A DNA stretch of 41,323 nucleotides, from the NCBI GenBank assembly GCA_049286905.1, contig JBAQEU010000019.1:1-41323 (forward strand), written 5' to 3'. Under the pieces are notes generated by a model that was not told where the DNA came from, ran no database searches, and saw only the letters and a program-made list of their open reading frames with translations. Below, in pieces: positions 24,432-32,775 of the stretch (the stretch's first letter is position 1; each line of letters begins with the position of its first letter). A program made the translations under genes and the position numbers. Source of the DNA: Minisyncoccia bacterium. GTDB taxonomy: Bacteria; Patescibacteriota; Minisyncoccia; Phycocordibacterales; Phycocordibacteraceae.

Positions 24432-24665
24432 ATGAAATCAATGCACTATATCGCGTTCATCCTCGTGGTCATCGGTGGTCTCAACTGGGGTCTCATCGGA
24501 CTTGGGGGCTTCATGAATGCTGATTGGAACGTCGTGAACATGATCCTCGGCTCATGGCCGACGGTCGAATGGCTCGTCTATGTGCTTGTGGGTCTCTCAG
24601 CACTTAATCTCGCGTTCACGCACATGAAGGACTGCCGCACGTGCAATATGTCGGGATCGATGTAA
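24432..24665 (+). CDS. DUF378 small membrane protein
   Basis: IGGLNWGLIGL motif, characteristic of DUF378. Confidence 0.8.
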   Translation: MKSMHYIAFILVVIGGLNWGLIGLGGFMNADWNVVNMILGSWPTVEWLVYVLVGLSALNLAFTHMKDCRTCNMSGSM

Positions 24666-24697
24666 GTTCGCTTGGTAGTACATCCGTTCAGGTAAAA

Positions 24698-24735
24698 CAA
24701 AAAACCGCCGGCGCTTTGCGCCGGCGGTTTCGTTT
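24698..24735. terminator. bidirectional terminator
   Basis: CCGCCGGCG / CGCCGGCGG stem, flanked by an A-run and a T-run. Confidence 0.8.
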
Positions 24736-24738
24736 CCC

Positions 24739-24909
24739 CTACATCCCGAGCAAACCGAGCGTTTCGTAGATGAGTATCGCCGGCCACACGAGGGCTTTGG
24801 CTACTCCGATTGCACCTACCCAGAACGTGGGCGCGTTCTGTATGAAATAGAAAGCGGCACCGATGACTCCAAGACCGTACACCGCACAAGATGTTCCGTT
24901 GTTGTTCAT
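24739..24909 (-). CDS. small hydrophobic protein (56 aa)
   Basis: Two hydrophobic spans. The ATG at 24909 is preferred over the upstream alternative. Coding status is uncertain. Confidence 0.4.
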   Translation of the reverse strand: MNNNGTSCAVYGLGVIGAAFYFIQNAPTFWVGAIGVAKALVWPAILIYETLGLLGM

Positions 24910-24925
24910 AGATATAGGATACCTT

Positions 24926-24947
24926 ATTTTGCGGAGGGGGGATTCGG
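24926..24947 (-). repeat. degenerate copy of the tRNA-Ser 3' end (copy 3)
   Basis: Plus strand ATTTTGCGGAGGGGGGATTCGG, compared with the tRNA plus-strand sequence GCGGAGAGGGAGGGATTCGAA. Confidence 0.6.
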
Positions 24948-24956
24948 TCACGCATA

Positions 24957-24990
24957 ATTTTGCGGAGACGGAGGGATTCTTTCCCTACGG
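24957..24990 (-). repeat. degenerate copy of the tRNA-Ser 3' half (copy 2)
   Basis: GCGGAGACGGAGGGATTCTTTCCCT against the tRNA GCGGAGAGGGAGGGATTCGAACCCT: 21-nt core with 1 mismatch, plus a conserved CCCT. Confidence 0.8.
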
Positions 24991-25033
24991 GAACGGTACA
25001 CCTTGCGGATTTTCTTTCAGAAAATACTCGCAA

Positions 25034-25080
25034 GGTCTTCGAATCCCTCACGGACGCGCCCCGCGCGTCCTCGTCTCCGC
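25034..25080 (+). repeat. inverted copy of the tRNA-Ser 3' half, interrupted by a GC hairpin
   Basis: GGTCTTCGAATCCCTCAC-[GGACGCGCCCCGCGCGTCC]-TCGTCTCCGC. The two arms are the reverse complement of GAGGGATTCGAA and GCGGAGAC. Confidence 0.7.
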
Positions 25081-25095
25081 TTTCGCGGACTCAAG

Positions 25096-25182
25096 CGGAG
25101 AGGGAGGGATTCGAACCCTCGAGACTCTTTCGAGCCTGGCACATTAGCAGCGTGCTGGTTTCAACCACTCACCCACCTCTCC
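25096..25182 (-). tRNA. tRNA-Ser (anticodon GCU)
   Basis: Folded by hand. 7-bp acceptor stem GGAGAGG/CCTCTCC. Anticodon stem GCACG/TGTGC with loop CTGCTAA. Long variable arm GGCTC-GAAA-GAGTC. T arm GAGGG-TTCGAAT-CCCTC. CCA is not encoded. Confidence 0.9.
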
Positions 25183-25189
25183 AATATTG

Positions 25190-26191
25190 CTATCCTACCG
25201 TACTTTCATATCTTCTCAAATGCTTCGGATTATGAGTCCCGATGAGTAAAAAGTATCGTTTCATATCTGCGGTGCTGTCGAGACGAATGTCCTCACCTGC
25301 TATTCTCGGATTGAACTCTAGCTTTTGAAGAAGTACATGCACGGACTTCCGCAATGGATCCGAGGCACTGGTAAAAGAAAGTTTTTTGTAGGTGTATATC
25401 TTACCTTTTGCTGTATAGCGATGAGTGAAGACGCATCCATCAGTATCAACGAGCCCTCGTAAACAAGCCATTGAAAATCTTTTATCTTTTTTGATCCATT
25501 CAGGAATATCGATTTGTTGCTTTACTTTATTTCCGACAGGCAATCCTAATTCGTGTAAGTAGTCGACTAATTCTTTTCGGGAAACGACAATGTTATTTAC
25601 AGATTTTTCAGGGAAGTGATAGATTTTTGGCTCTTCTTTGAAGAGCTTTTTAATGAGAGTTGCTACGTATGAGGCATATTCCAAGTCATCGATATGGTGA
25701 AGAGTAACGGTGACTTGATACGTACTGATGCCTCCATCACCCATCATAATGCCGATGAATTCGGCAAGTTCGACGCTTCGTTTCGGCTTATGCACGGTTC
25801 TTGCCTCAAGAATCGGATTCTTTTCATGTCTGCCTGTTGACTTCCACCATGCCCGCCACTGTTTCTTTCGGTATTCCTCGTCACGAGGAATACCCCCGTA
25901 TTTTGCCGTAACTGCGGCGATACCAGCCTTCCCAGCTTCAGACGTATGCGCGTATGCGTCACGAATGCGTATGTTCTTAGGAACAGGTACTTTCGCCTGT
26001 TCGGCAAGCGCATGAACGGCGGCAAGTGACATAGAAAATTTTTCTCGCCGCCAGTCTCGAATCGCTCGTTCAGAACATTTCAAGATACGAGCTATATCGA
26101 CAATCGTTAATTTTTGGCTGACTCGTTCCAAGAATGTTCGTTGTCTTCCGGAAGGGAATACAGCCCTCTTGTCTTTATACGTCTCAGTCAT
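25190..26191 (-). CDS. free-standing LAGLIDADG-family homing endonuclease-like protein with N-terminal HTH
   Basis: Two LAGLIDADG-type motifs (IGIMMGDGGIS and LRGLVDTDGCV). HTH-like segment LTIVDIARILKCSERAIRDW. Spot G+C counts of 37% and 52%, against about 65% in core genes. Confidence 0.86.
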   Translation of the reverse strand: MTETYKDKRAVFPSGRQRTFLERVSQKLTIVDIARILKCSERAIRDWRREKFSMSLAAVHALAEQAKVPVPKNIRIRDAYAHTSEAGKAGIAAVTAKYGGIPRDEEYRKKQWRAWWKSTGRHEKNPILEARTVHKPKRSVELAEFIGIMMGDGGISTYQVTVTLHHIDDLEYASYVATLIKKLFKEEPKIYHFPEKSVNNIVVSRKELVDYLHELGLPVGNKVKQQIDIPEWIKKDKRFSMACLRGLVDTDGCVFTHRYTAKGKIYTYKKLSFTSASDPLRKSVHVLLQKLEFNPRIAGEDIRLDSTADMKRYFLLIGTHNPKHLRRYESTVG

Positions 26192-26225
26192 ACACCCATT
26201 CTAACACCGAGATATTCAAGATTGT

Positions 26226-26834
26226 TTAGTGTGCGAGCGCGAGTGGGACGATATGCTCGACACCTGCGGACTTGAGTGCTTCGATGGCCGCCTGGAGCGT
26301 GGCTCCTGTGGTCGTCACATCGTCGATGAGTATGTAGGTGTATGCAGGGTTAGCAGGATGCGCGGCGCCAAAGGCGCCGCGCATGTTTTCCTCGCGTTTT
26401 CCTCGGGGGAGCGTTACTTGCGAGACGGTCTCGCGGGTGCGCTCGAGCAGTGTCGTGTCGACGGGAATGCCGAGATTCGCCGCCGCTCGCTTCGCTATCT
26501 CTTCGACTTGGTTGAACCCTCGCTCTTTGCGACGCATCTTGCCGAGCGGGACAGGGATGATGATTGTGTTGCGCGAAGCATCGTCCGCATCTCGCAGATA
26601 TTCGGTCAGCGCGAGCGACAGGAGATCGAATGCTCGCTGACTTCCGCGATACTTCGCTTCATGAATGGTCGCCCGTACACTCTCCTCGGAGAAGGGGAAT
26701 AGAACCGCTGTTCCGGGTCTGGTACAGGGCACGAGTTGGGGAGATATAAGCGCGAGAAACCCGTCGTCCGTGATACTACGGAGGATTTTTTCATCCACAC
26801 GTGGCGGGAAGAGCACATCGAGAAGGCGCATCAT
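26226..26834 (-). CDS. comFC: ComF family protein (ComFC-like phosphoribosyltransferase fold)
   Basis: PRTase motif ILIDDVTTTGAT and a ComF-type central region (RGFNQ). There are no N-terminal Zn-finger cysteines. Confidence 0.84.
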   Translation of the reverse strand: MMRLLDVLFPPRVDEKILRSITDDGFLALISPQLVPCTRPGTAVLFPFSEESVRATIHEAKYRGSQRAFDLLSLALTEYLRDADDASRNTIIIPVPLGKMRRKERGFNQVEEIAKRAAANLGIPVDTTLLERTRETVSQVTLPRGKREENMRGAFGAAHPANPAYTYILIDDVTTTGATLQAAIEALKSAGVEHIVPLALAH

Positions 26835-26848
26835 GGTATTATTTTGTC

Positions 26849-27928
26849 ATGGCATTCCTCGACTTTCTATCTCCAAAAAAGGAGAAGAGCGTTATCGGCG
26901 TTGATATCGGCTCGTCTTCGCTTAAGGTCGTGCAACTGCGCAAAGAAGGCGGGCGGGCGATACTCGAGACGTATGGCGAGCTCGCGCTCGGTCCGTACGG
27001 CGGCGGTGAAGTGGGTCAGGCGACCAATCTTTCTCCTGAACAGATCGCAGAGACACTGAAGGACCTCTTGCGCGAGGCAAAAGTGACTACGAAGAGTTGC
27101 GGCGTCTCTATACCGTTCTCCCGCTCCCTGCTCTCTCTCGTCGAATTGCCGTATCGCAAGAATCAGCAGGAACAGAAGACAGTTGTTGAGCTCGAAGCTC
27201 GGAAGTATATCCCGATGCCGATGAGTGAAGTTCAGCTCGACTGGTTCGTTGTGCCGCAACTCGACCCGGCGTCGCAGAAGGGTGGGGAGCAGGAAAAGAA
27301 AGTCGAAGTGCTCATCGTCGCGGTGCACAGCGACGAGCTCACGCTCCTTCAGAGTGTCGTCGCCGGAGCAGGACTCACGGCGAGTTTCTACGAAATCGAG
27401 ATATTCAGCACCATACGCGCCGTGGTCGACGAGCCGGTGAAGCCGGTGCTCGTGCTCGATATCGGTGCCGCATCGACGAAGATCTACGTCGTCGAGCATG
27501 GAGTAGTGGCGCTTTCGCACTCCATCAGTACGGGGAGCCAGGACATCACGCGCGCCATCGCTGTCTCAAGCGGCGTCTCCATATCTCGCGCTGAAGCGGT
27601 GAAGAAAGAAGAGGGGCTTGAAGGGGGTACGGGGCAAGGGGGTCCTGAACTCGTGTTCTCACGCATCTTCTCCGAAGCGCGGCGCGTGCTTATGCAGTAC
27701 GAAACGTCGCACAGCAAATCAATCGTCTCGATCGTGCTTACTGGCGGGGGCGGCGTCACGAGGTCGCTCGGTGCCTATGCGAAAAACATCTTCTCAATCG
27801 ATGTGCGCGTTGCCGATCCGTTCGTGAAGACCGAGGCTCCGGCATTTATGCGCCCCATACTCCAAGAAATCGGTCCTGAATTTGCGGTCGCAGTCGGTCT
27901 CGCGCTTCGCAAGCTTGAAGAAATTTAA
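26849..27928 (+). CDS. pilM: type IV pilus assembly protein PilM (actin-like ATPase fold)
   Basis: IGVDIGSSSLKVVQL start and an LTGGG motif. ATG at 26849 chosen. Confidence 0.87.
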   Translation: MAFLDFLSPKKEKSVIGVDIGSSSLKVVQLRKEGGRAILETYGELALGPYGGGEVGQATNLSPEQIAETLKDLLREAKVTTKSCGVSIPFSRSLLSLVELPYRKNQQEQKTVVELEARKYIPMPMSEVQLDWFVVPQLDPASQKGGEQEKKVEVLIVAVHSDELTLLQSVVAGAGLTASFYEIEIFSTIRAVVDEPVKPVLVLDIGAASTKIYVVEHGVVALSHSISTGSQDITRAIAVSSGVSISRAEAVKKEEGLEGGTGQGGPELVFSRIFSEARRVLMQYETSHSKSIVSIVLTGGGGVTRSLGAYAKNIFSIDVRVADPFVKTEAPAFMRPILQEIGPEFAVAVGLALRKLEEI

Positions 27929-28007
27929 AGAAGGGGATGGGGTTTTGCACAGATACACCCATTGCGACCACCCTAGGTATAGGTGAGTAGCGTATACTTA
28001 CAAACAA

Positions 28008-28637
28008 ATGGCTCTTCCTACGATACCTACTTCGTTCGTCCCGCACGCGGCGCTTTCTAACCGTCGGAATGTGTATACGGATTTCGGGAACGCATTCGGA
28101 CTTTTCGCGTACATCCTTCTCGCTGTTATCTTCGTTCTTGCCGCAGGAGTGTTTTTCTATGGGCGCATCCAGGCCGCAAATCTTGCCGCTACCAACAGTG
28201 CTCTCCAAAAAGAAGAAGAAGCAATCGACAAACCGACTGTGCAAGGTTTCGTACAGCTCCGGGACCGGCTCAATTCGGGAAGGACGCTTCTCTCGAGCCA
28301 TACGGCAATATCTAACTTCTTCTCAGTGCTCCAATCCCTGCTTCCGTCGACCGTCCGTTTCACCTCGCTTCACCTCACCATCGATACTGCCGGTATCGCG
28401 AAGGCCGAGGGTACGGGCATCTCAAAGAGTTTCAATGCACTTTCAGTTGCTTCGGGCGCTTTTGCTTCCGATGGTCGTATCAAGGACGTGATTTTCTCCA
28501 AGATGAGCATCAACAGGGACAGTTCCATTTCATTCGGCTTCTCGGCCTCGATTGATCCGGCGCTTATCTCCTATACCGGGAGTGCGCCAGAGGTAACTGC
28601 TCCTGCGACCGAATCGTCATCCACAACAACACCATGA
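28008..28637 (+). CDS. PilN-like bitopic pilus assembly protein
   Basis: Single TM span followed by a coiled segment. Called by position after pilM; sequence similarity judged by eye is weak. Confidence 0.55.
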   Translation: MALPTIPTSFVPHAALSNRRNVYTDFGNAFGLFAYILLAVIFVLAAGVFFYGRIQAANLAATNSALQKEEEAIDKPTVQGFVQLRDRLNSGRTLLSSHTAISNFFSVLQSLLPSTVRFTSLHLTIDTAGIAKAEGTGISKSFNALSVASGAFASDGRIKDVIFSKMSINRDSSISFGFSASIDPALISYTGSAPEVTAPATESSSTTTP

Positions 28638-29194
28638 ACAGCCGCATCCTCCCCATGCTCGCACTTATCCTCTCTCTCGGGATATTCTTTGCGTACGTAA
28701 ATCCCACCTGGAGTGGTTCAATCGCCAGAGCAAAGTTGGCTATCGCGGCAAATAATGAGGCACTCGACGCGGCCAAACAGTACTCGACCCAGCAGAACGA
28801 GCTCGCGCAGGAGCGCGACGCTATCGACCCGGCGAGTCTCACCGCGCTTACGACGCTTCTTCCTGATTCGGTCGACAATGTGGGGCTCATCCTCGACCTC
28901 AACGCTCTTTCTGCACGCTCCGGACTTTCCGTTGCAAATATCGACGTCATCATGAGCAGTCCGGGAAGTGCCGCGAGCGCGAGTACCGGCGCCTTGCCGG
29001 CCGCCGCTCTCAATCCGGTCGGTTCCGTCGATCTCGCTTTCTCTGCGGTAGGTACATTTCCGGCATTGCAGACGTTCCTGACCGGTGTCGAGAGAAGTGC
29101 GCGAATCCTCGACGTTCGTGACCTTGTCGTGAAGGGTTCTGATACCGGGGTGTATCAGTATCAGATGATAATTCGTCTCTACTGGCTTCGATAA
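28634..29194 (+). CDS. PilO-like bitopic pilus assembly protein
   Basis: Single TM span, a coiled-coil, and a C-terminal domain. Its start overlaps the upstream gene as ATGA. Confidence 0.55.
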   Translation: MNSRILPMLALILSLGIFFAYVNPTWSGSIARAKLAIAANNEALDAAKQYSTQQNELAQERDAIDPASLTALTTLLPDSVDNVGLILDLNALSARSGLSVANIDVIMSSPGSAASASTGALPAAALNPVGSVDLAFSAVGTFPALQTFLTGVERSARILDVRDLVVKGSDTGVYQYQMIIRLYWLR

Positions 29195-29201
29195 ACACAC
29201 T

Positions 29202-29501
29202 ATGAAATCCAACTCCGTCATGCTCATTGTATTCACAATCGTCCTCGCTGGGGGTGCGTATTGGTATGTCTCCACAAGGACAGGGAACGAGCTACCTCTT
29301 ACCGCGCTCACCGGACCAGAGAACGCCGCGCGGACGCAATTCCAGGCGCTCGTGAGCCAACTAAGGTCGATTTCTTTCGATACAGATATATTCTCTGATC
29401 CGAGGTTCACTTCGCTCGTCGATCTCTCGACACCCGTTACGCCTGAACCGCCGGGACGCCTCGATCCTTTCGGTCAGGTTTCGGGGGCGGCAGGAATATA
29501 A
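29202..29501 (+). CDS. small bitopic protein of unknown function in the pilus cluster (99 aa)
   Basis: N-terminal TM span. Tightly packed between the pilO-like gene and pilB. Confidence 0.5.
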   Translation: MKSNSVMLIVFTIVLAGGAYWYVSTRTGNELPLTALTGPENAARTQFQALVSQLRSISFDTDIFSDPRFTSLVDLSTPVTPEPPGRLDPFGQVSGAAGI

Positions 29502-29509
29502 TATAAGGG

Positions 29510-31294
29510 ATGAATTTTCTCGCGCTTCTCGTCGATACAGGAGTCCTATCCGCAAAGGCTCGTGCGGCGGTCGAAGCAGACCTTGCCGAGAAGAAATCTC
29601 TCGCTGATGCGCTCACTACGCAGGGTGTCTCGCTCTCCGAAGCGCTCGCTGGTGTGGGAACCAGTTACGGCATTCCGTCTCGTTTGCTCGGCGATCCGCC
29701 TGCGAGCGAAGAGGTATTTAAATACATTCCAATCGAGTCGGTGCGTCACTACGGGTTTGTCCCGCTTGCCGAAGTAGATGGTGTCCTCGAGGTCGGGGTC
29801 ACCGACCCGGACAACATCGAGGCAATCGATGCTCTGCAGTTCATCTCGGGGAAGATAGGCATTCCGTATAAGATTTTCCTCATTACAAAAGAAGACTTTG
29901 ATCGAGTGGTGGAAGACTATCAGAACCTCTCGGGAGAGGTTGGCAGAGCGCTTTCCGAATACGAAACAGTGGGGGGACCTTCTGCTGGAGACAGAGGTAC
30001 TGCATCGAACGCACAAAGAGGGGGAGAAGACGCGGCAGTAGAAGAAGAGCTGAATCTGACCGGCAAAAACGAGGTCTTGAAAGAGGATGCACCGGTAACG
30101 AAGATTGTTTCTACGGTACTTCGGTATGCCATCGAAGGGCATTCGTCTGACGTGCACATCGAGCCATCTGCGACAAAGACGCGGATTCGTTTCCGCATGG
30201 ACGGCATTCTGCATACATCGCTCGAACTCCCGGGGAAAGTGCACGAGGCTGTCGTCGCGCGTATCAAGATTCTCGCGAAACTCCGCCTCGACGAGAAACG
30301 AAAGCCGCAAGACGGACGTTTCTCAGCCACGGTCGATAAACGCCGCATCGACTTCCGTATCTCGACATTCCCGACCGAGTTCGGCGAGAAGGTGGTGATG
30401 CGTATTCTCGATCAGTCCGAAACGACGACAACGCTCGATTCAGTCGGGTTCAGTGCAAGCGATCTCGCCTTGGTTCGCGACATGATGAAGACGCCATACG
30501 GCATCATCCTCATAGCTGGTCCGACCGGATCAGGGAAGTCGACGACGCTCTTTGCGATGCTCTCCGAGCTCGATCGTGAACGATTTAACGTTGTGTCGCT
30601 TGAAGACCCGGTTGAGTATCAGATTCCCGGAGTTGCGCAGAGCCAAGTGCGACCAGAGATTGGCTACACCTTTGCGAGCGGTCTGCGCTCGATACTGCGC
30701 CAAGACCCGGACATCATCATGGTCGGCGAAATCCGCGACAAAGAAACCGCCGTACTTGCCGTGCAGGCCGCGCTTACGGGACACCTCGTGCTCTCGACAG
30801 TACACACGAACACGGCGGCCGGGGCGATTCCGCGCTTGGTCGACATGGGTGTCGACCCGTTCCTCATCGCACCGACCCTCGTTTCCGTCATCGGGCAGAG
30901 ATTGGTTCGCAAGCTGTGTGATGGCGCCGGTGTGCCATTCCCAGTTTCTCCGAGTCTGAAAGAGTTTATGGATCGAGAATTCGCTGACTTGCCAGACAAG
31001 CATCGCGCGAAACTGCCTCCGTTCAAGGAGTTCTATCACGCAACTCCGACTTCGACCTGCCCGGACGGTACGCGCGGTCGTACAGCCGTTTTCGAGATAT
31101 TGAAGATGAACAACGACCTCGAACAGATTGTGCTCAAAGACCCAATCGAGGAGAAAATCTACGCCGCCGCGCGTGCCGACGGTATGATTACGATGCGCGA
31201 GAACGCCATCCTGAAGGGGCTCGCGGGGGAAATACCTTTCGAAGATATCAATACGCTTGGCGGGGAGCTTTTCCCCGAAGAAGAACAGCCTTGA
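29510..31294 (+). CDS. pilB: type IV pilus assembly ATPase PilB/GspE
   Basis: GspE N-terminal domain, Walker A GPTGSGKST, Asp/His boxes, and a tetracysteine-like region reduced to C...C. Confidence 0.95.
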   Translation: MNFLALLVDTGVLSAKARAAVEADLAEKKSLADALTTQGVSLSEALAGVGTSYGIPSRLLGDPPASEEVFKYIPIESVRHYGFVPLAEVDGVLEVGVTDPDNIEAIDALQFISGKIGIPYKIFLITKEDFDRVVEDYQNLSGEVGRALSEYETVGGPSAGDRGTASNAQRGGEDAAVEEELNLTGKNEVLKEDAPVTKIVSTVLRYAIEGHSSDVHIEPSATKTRIRFRMDGILHTSLELPGKVHEAVVARIKILAKLRLDEKRKPQDGRFSATVDKRRIDFRISTFPTEFGEKVVMRILDQSETTTTLDSVGFSASDLALVRDMMKTPYGIILIAGPTGSGKSTTLFAMLSELDRERFNVVSLEDPVEYQIPGVAQSQVRPEIGYTFASGLRSILRQDPDIIMVGEIRDKETAVLAVQAALTGHLVLSTVHTNTAAGAIPRLVDMGVDPFLIAPTLVSVIGQRLVRKLCDGAGVPFPVSPSLKEFMDREFADLPDKHRAKLPPFKEFYHATPTSTCPDGTRGRTAVFEILKMNNDLEQIVLKDPIEEKIYAAARADGMITMRENAILKGLAGEIPFEDINTLGGELFPEEEQP

Positions 31295-31319
31295 CCCGCG
31301 GGCGTTGTATACTATCAGC

Positions 31320-31703
31320 ATGTCTTACCACGTATACCTTGTCGACGACGATAGATTCCTGCTCGATCTCTATGCGGTGAAGTTTAAGAATGCCGGTCAC
31401 GAAGTAACGATATTTGGCGGGGGTGAAGAGTTGCTCACTGCTCTTCGGAAAGAAGGATCCTCTCAACCGGACGTCATTCTGCTTGACGTCATCATGCCGG
31501 GCATGACCGGGTTTGAGACACTCGAAGCTCTGCACAAAGAAAACCTTGCGAAGGGGGCGAAAATCGTCTTCCTCTCGAACCAGGGTCAGGATTCCGATAT
31601 TGAGAAAGCGAAACAGCTCTCTGCCGATGGCTACATCATAAAAGCATCAGCGATACCTTCCGAAGTATTCGCAGAGACGATGCGCATCATGGAATCGAAA
31701 TAA
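31320..31703 (+). CDS. stand-alone response regulator receiver (CheY-like)
   Basis: DDD acidic pocket, phospho-acceptor context ILLDVIMPG, and a conserved K in YIIKA. There is no output domain. Confidence 0.9.
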   Translation: MSYHVYLVDDDRFLLDLYAVKFKNAGHEVTIFGGGEELLTALRKEGSSQPDVILLDVIMPGMTGFETLEALHKENLAKGAKIVFLSNQGQDSDIEKAKQLSADGYIIKASAIPSEVFAETMRIMESK

Positions 31704-31704
31704 T

Positions 31705-32766
31705 ATGGCTACCGACAAACGTCTCGAAGAATTGCTCGACCTCACCGTGAGCCAGGGAGGTTCAGACCTCCATATTTTCGTAGGAGGGTCGCCAATGGTG
31801 CGCGTGTCGGGGTCGCTCATCTCACTCACCAAGTATCCAGCGTTCACAAGTGAAGATACCGAGGCTATGTTGAAAAGTATCGTTCCTCCGGAACGCTGGG
31901 ACTCGTTCAGGACGAATCAGTCTATCGACCTTTCCTATGCGCACGGCAAGGACGCGCGCTTCCGTGTGAACGGGTATCGCGTGCAGGGAACCGTCGCGCT
32001 CGCACTCCGGCTGATTCCGCATGCAGTGCGTACTTTTTCAGAACTGAATCTCCCTTCGACGCTCGAGGTCTTCACTCAGCGCAAGCAGGGGTTCTTTCTC
32101 GTCGTCGGGCCGGTGGGGCAGGGCAAGTCGACGACGCTCGCGGCCATGCTCGACCGTATCAACGAGACCCGGGCAGAACACATCCTCACCATCGAGGATC
32201 CGGTCGAATACCTCTTTACCCCGAAGAAGTCGCTCGTCCAACAGCGCGAAGTCTATGTGGACACTCCGGACTTCAAGGTGGCGCTCCAGAGCTCCTTCCG
32301 CGAAGATGTGGACGTGATTATGGTCGGGGAGATGCGCGATTACGAGACTATCTCAGCCGCAGTGACCGCCGCCGAGACCGGGCACCTCGTGTTCTCGACG
32401 CTCCACACAAACAACGCCGCACAGACGATAGACCGTATCATCGACATGTTCCCGGCAGAACAGCAGGGGCAGGTGCGTGTACAGCTCGCCGGTTCGCTCG
32501 CCGGGATATTCTCTCAGCGCCTCGTCCCGCGCATATCAGGCGGGCTCGTTCCGGCAGTCGAACTGCTCATAAACAACAACGCCATCAGCACGCTCATCCG
32601 CGAGGCGCGCACTCACGAGATAAGCGCTGTCATCCAGACGTCTTCGCAAGAAGGGATGATTGACCTCGACCGTTCGCTCGTCGACCTCGTGCGCCGAGGC
32701 GAGGTGACGGTGGAGCATGCCTACGAGCACGCGTCAGACCCGAAGACGTTTGAGAACTATCTATAA
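31705..32766 (+). CDS. pilT: twitching-motility retraction ATPase PilT
   Basis: SDLHI, Walker A GPVGQGKST, and the HLVFSTLHTN motif. Confidence 0.94.
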   Translation: MATDKRLEELLDLTVSQGGSDLHIFVGGSPMVRVSGSLISLTKYPAFTSEDTEAMLKSIVPPERWDSFRTNQSIDLSYAHGKDARFRVNGYRVQGTVALALRLIPHAVRTFSELNLPSTLEVFTQRKQGFFLVVGPVGQGKSTTLAAMLDRINETRAEHILTIEDPVEYLFTPKKSLVQQREVYVDTPDFKVALQSSFREDVDVIMVGEMRDYETISAAVTAAETGHLVFSTLHTNNAAQTIDRIIDMFPAEQQGQVRVQLAGSLAGIFSQRLVPRISGGLVPAVELLINNNAISTLIREARTHEISAVIQTSSQEGMIDLDRSLVDLVRRGEVTVEHAYEHASDPKTFENYL

Positions 32767-32775
32767 TTCTCGGAT

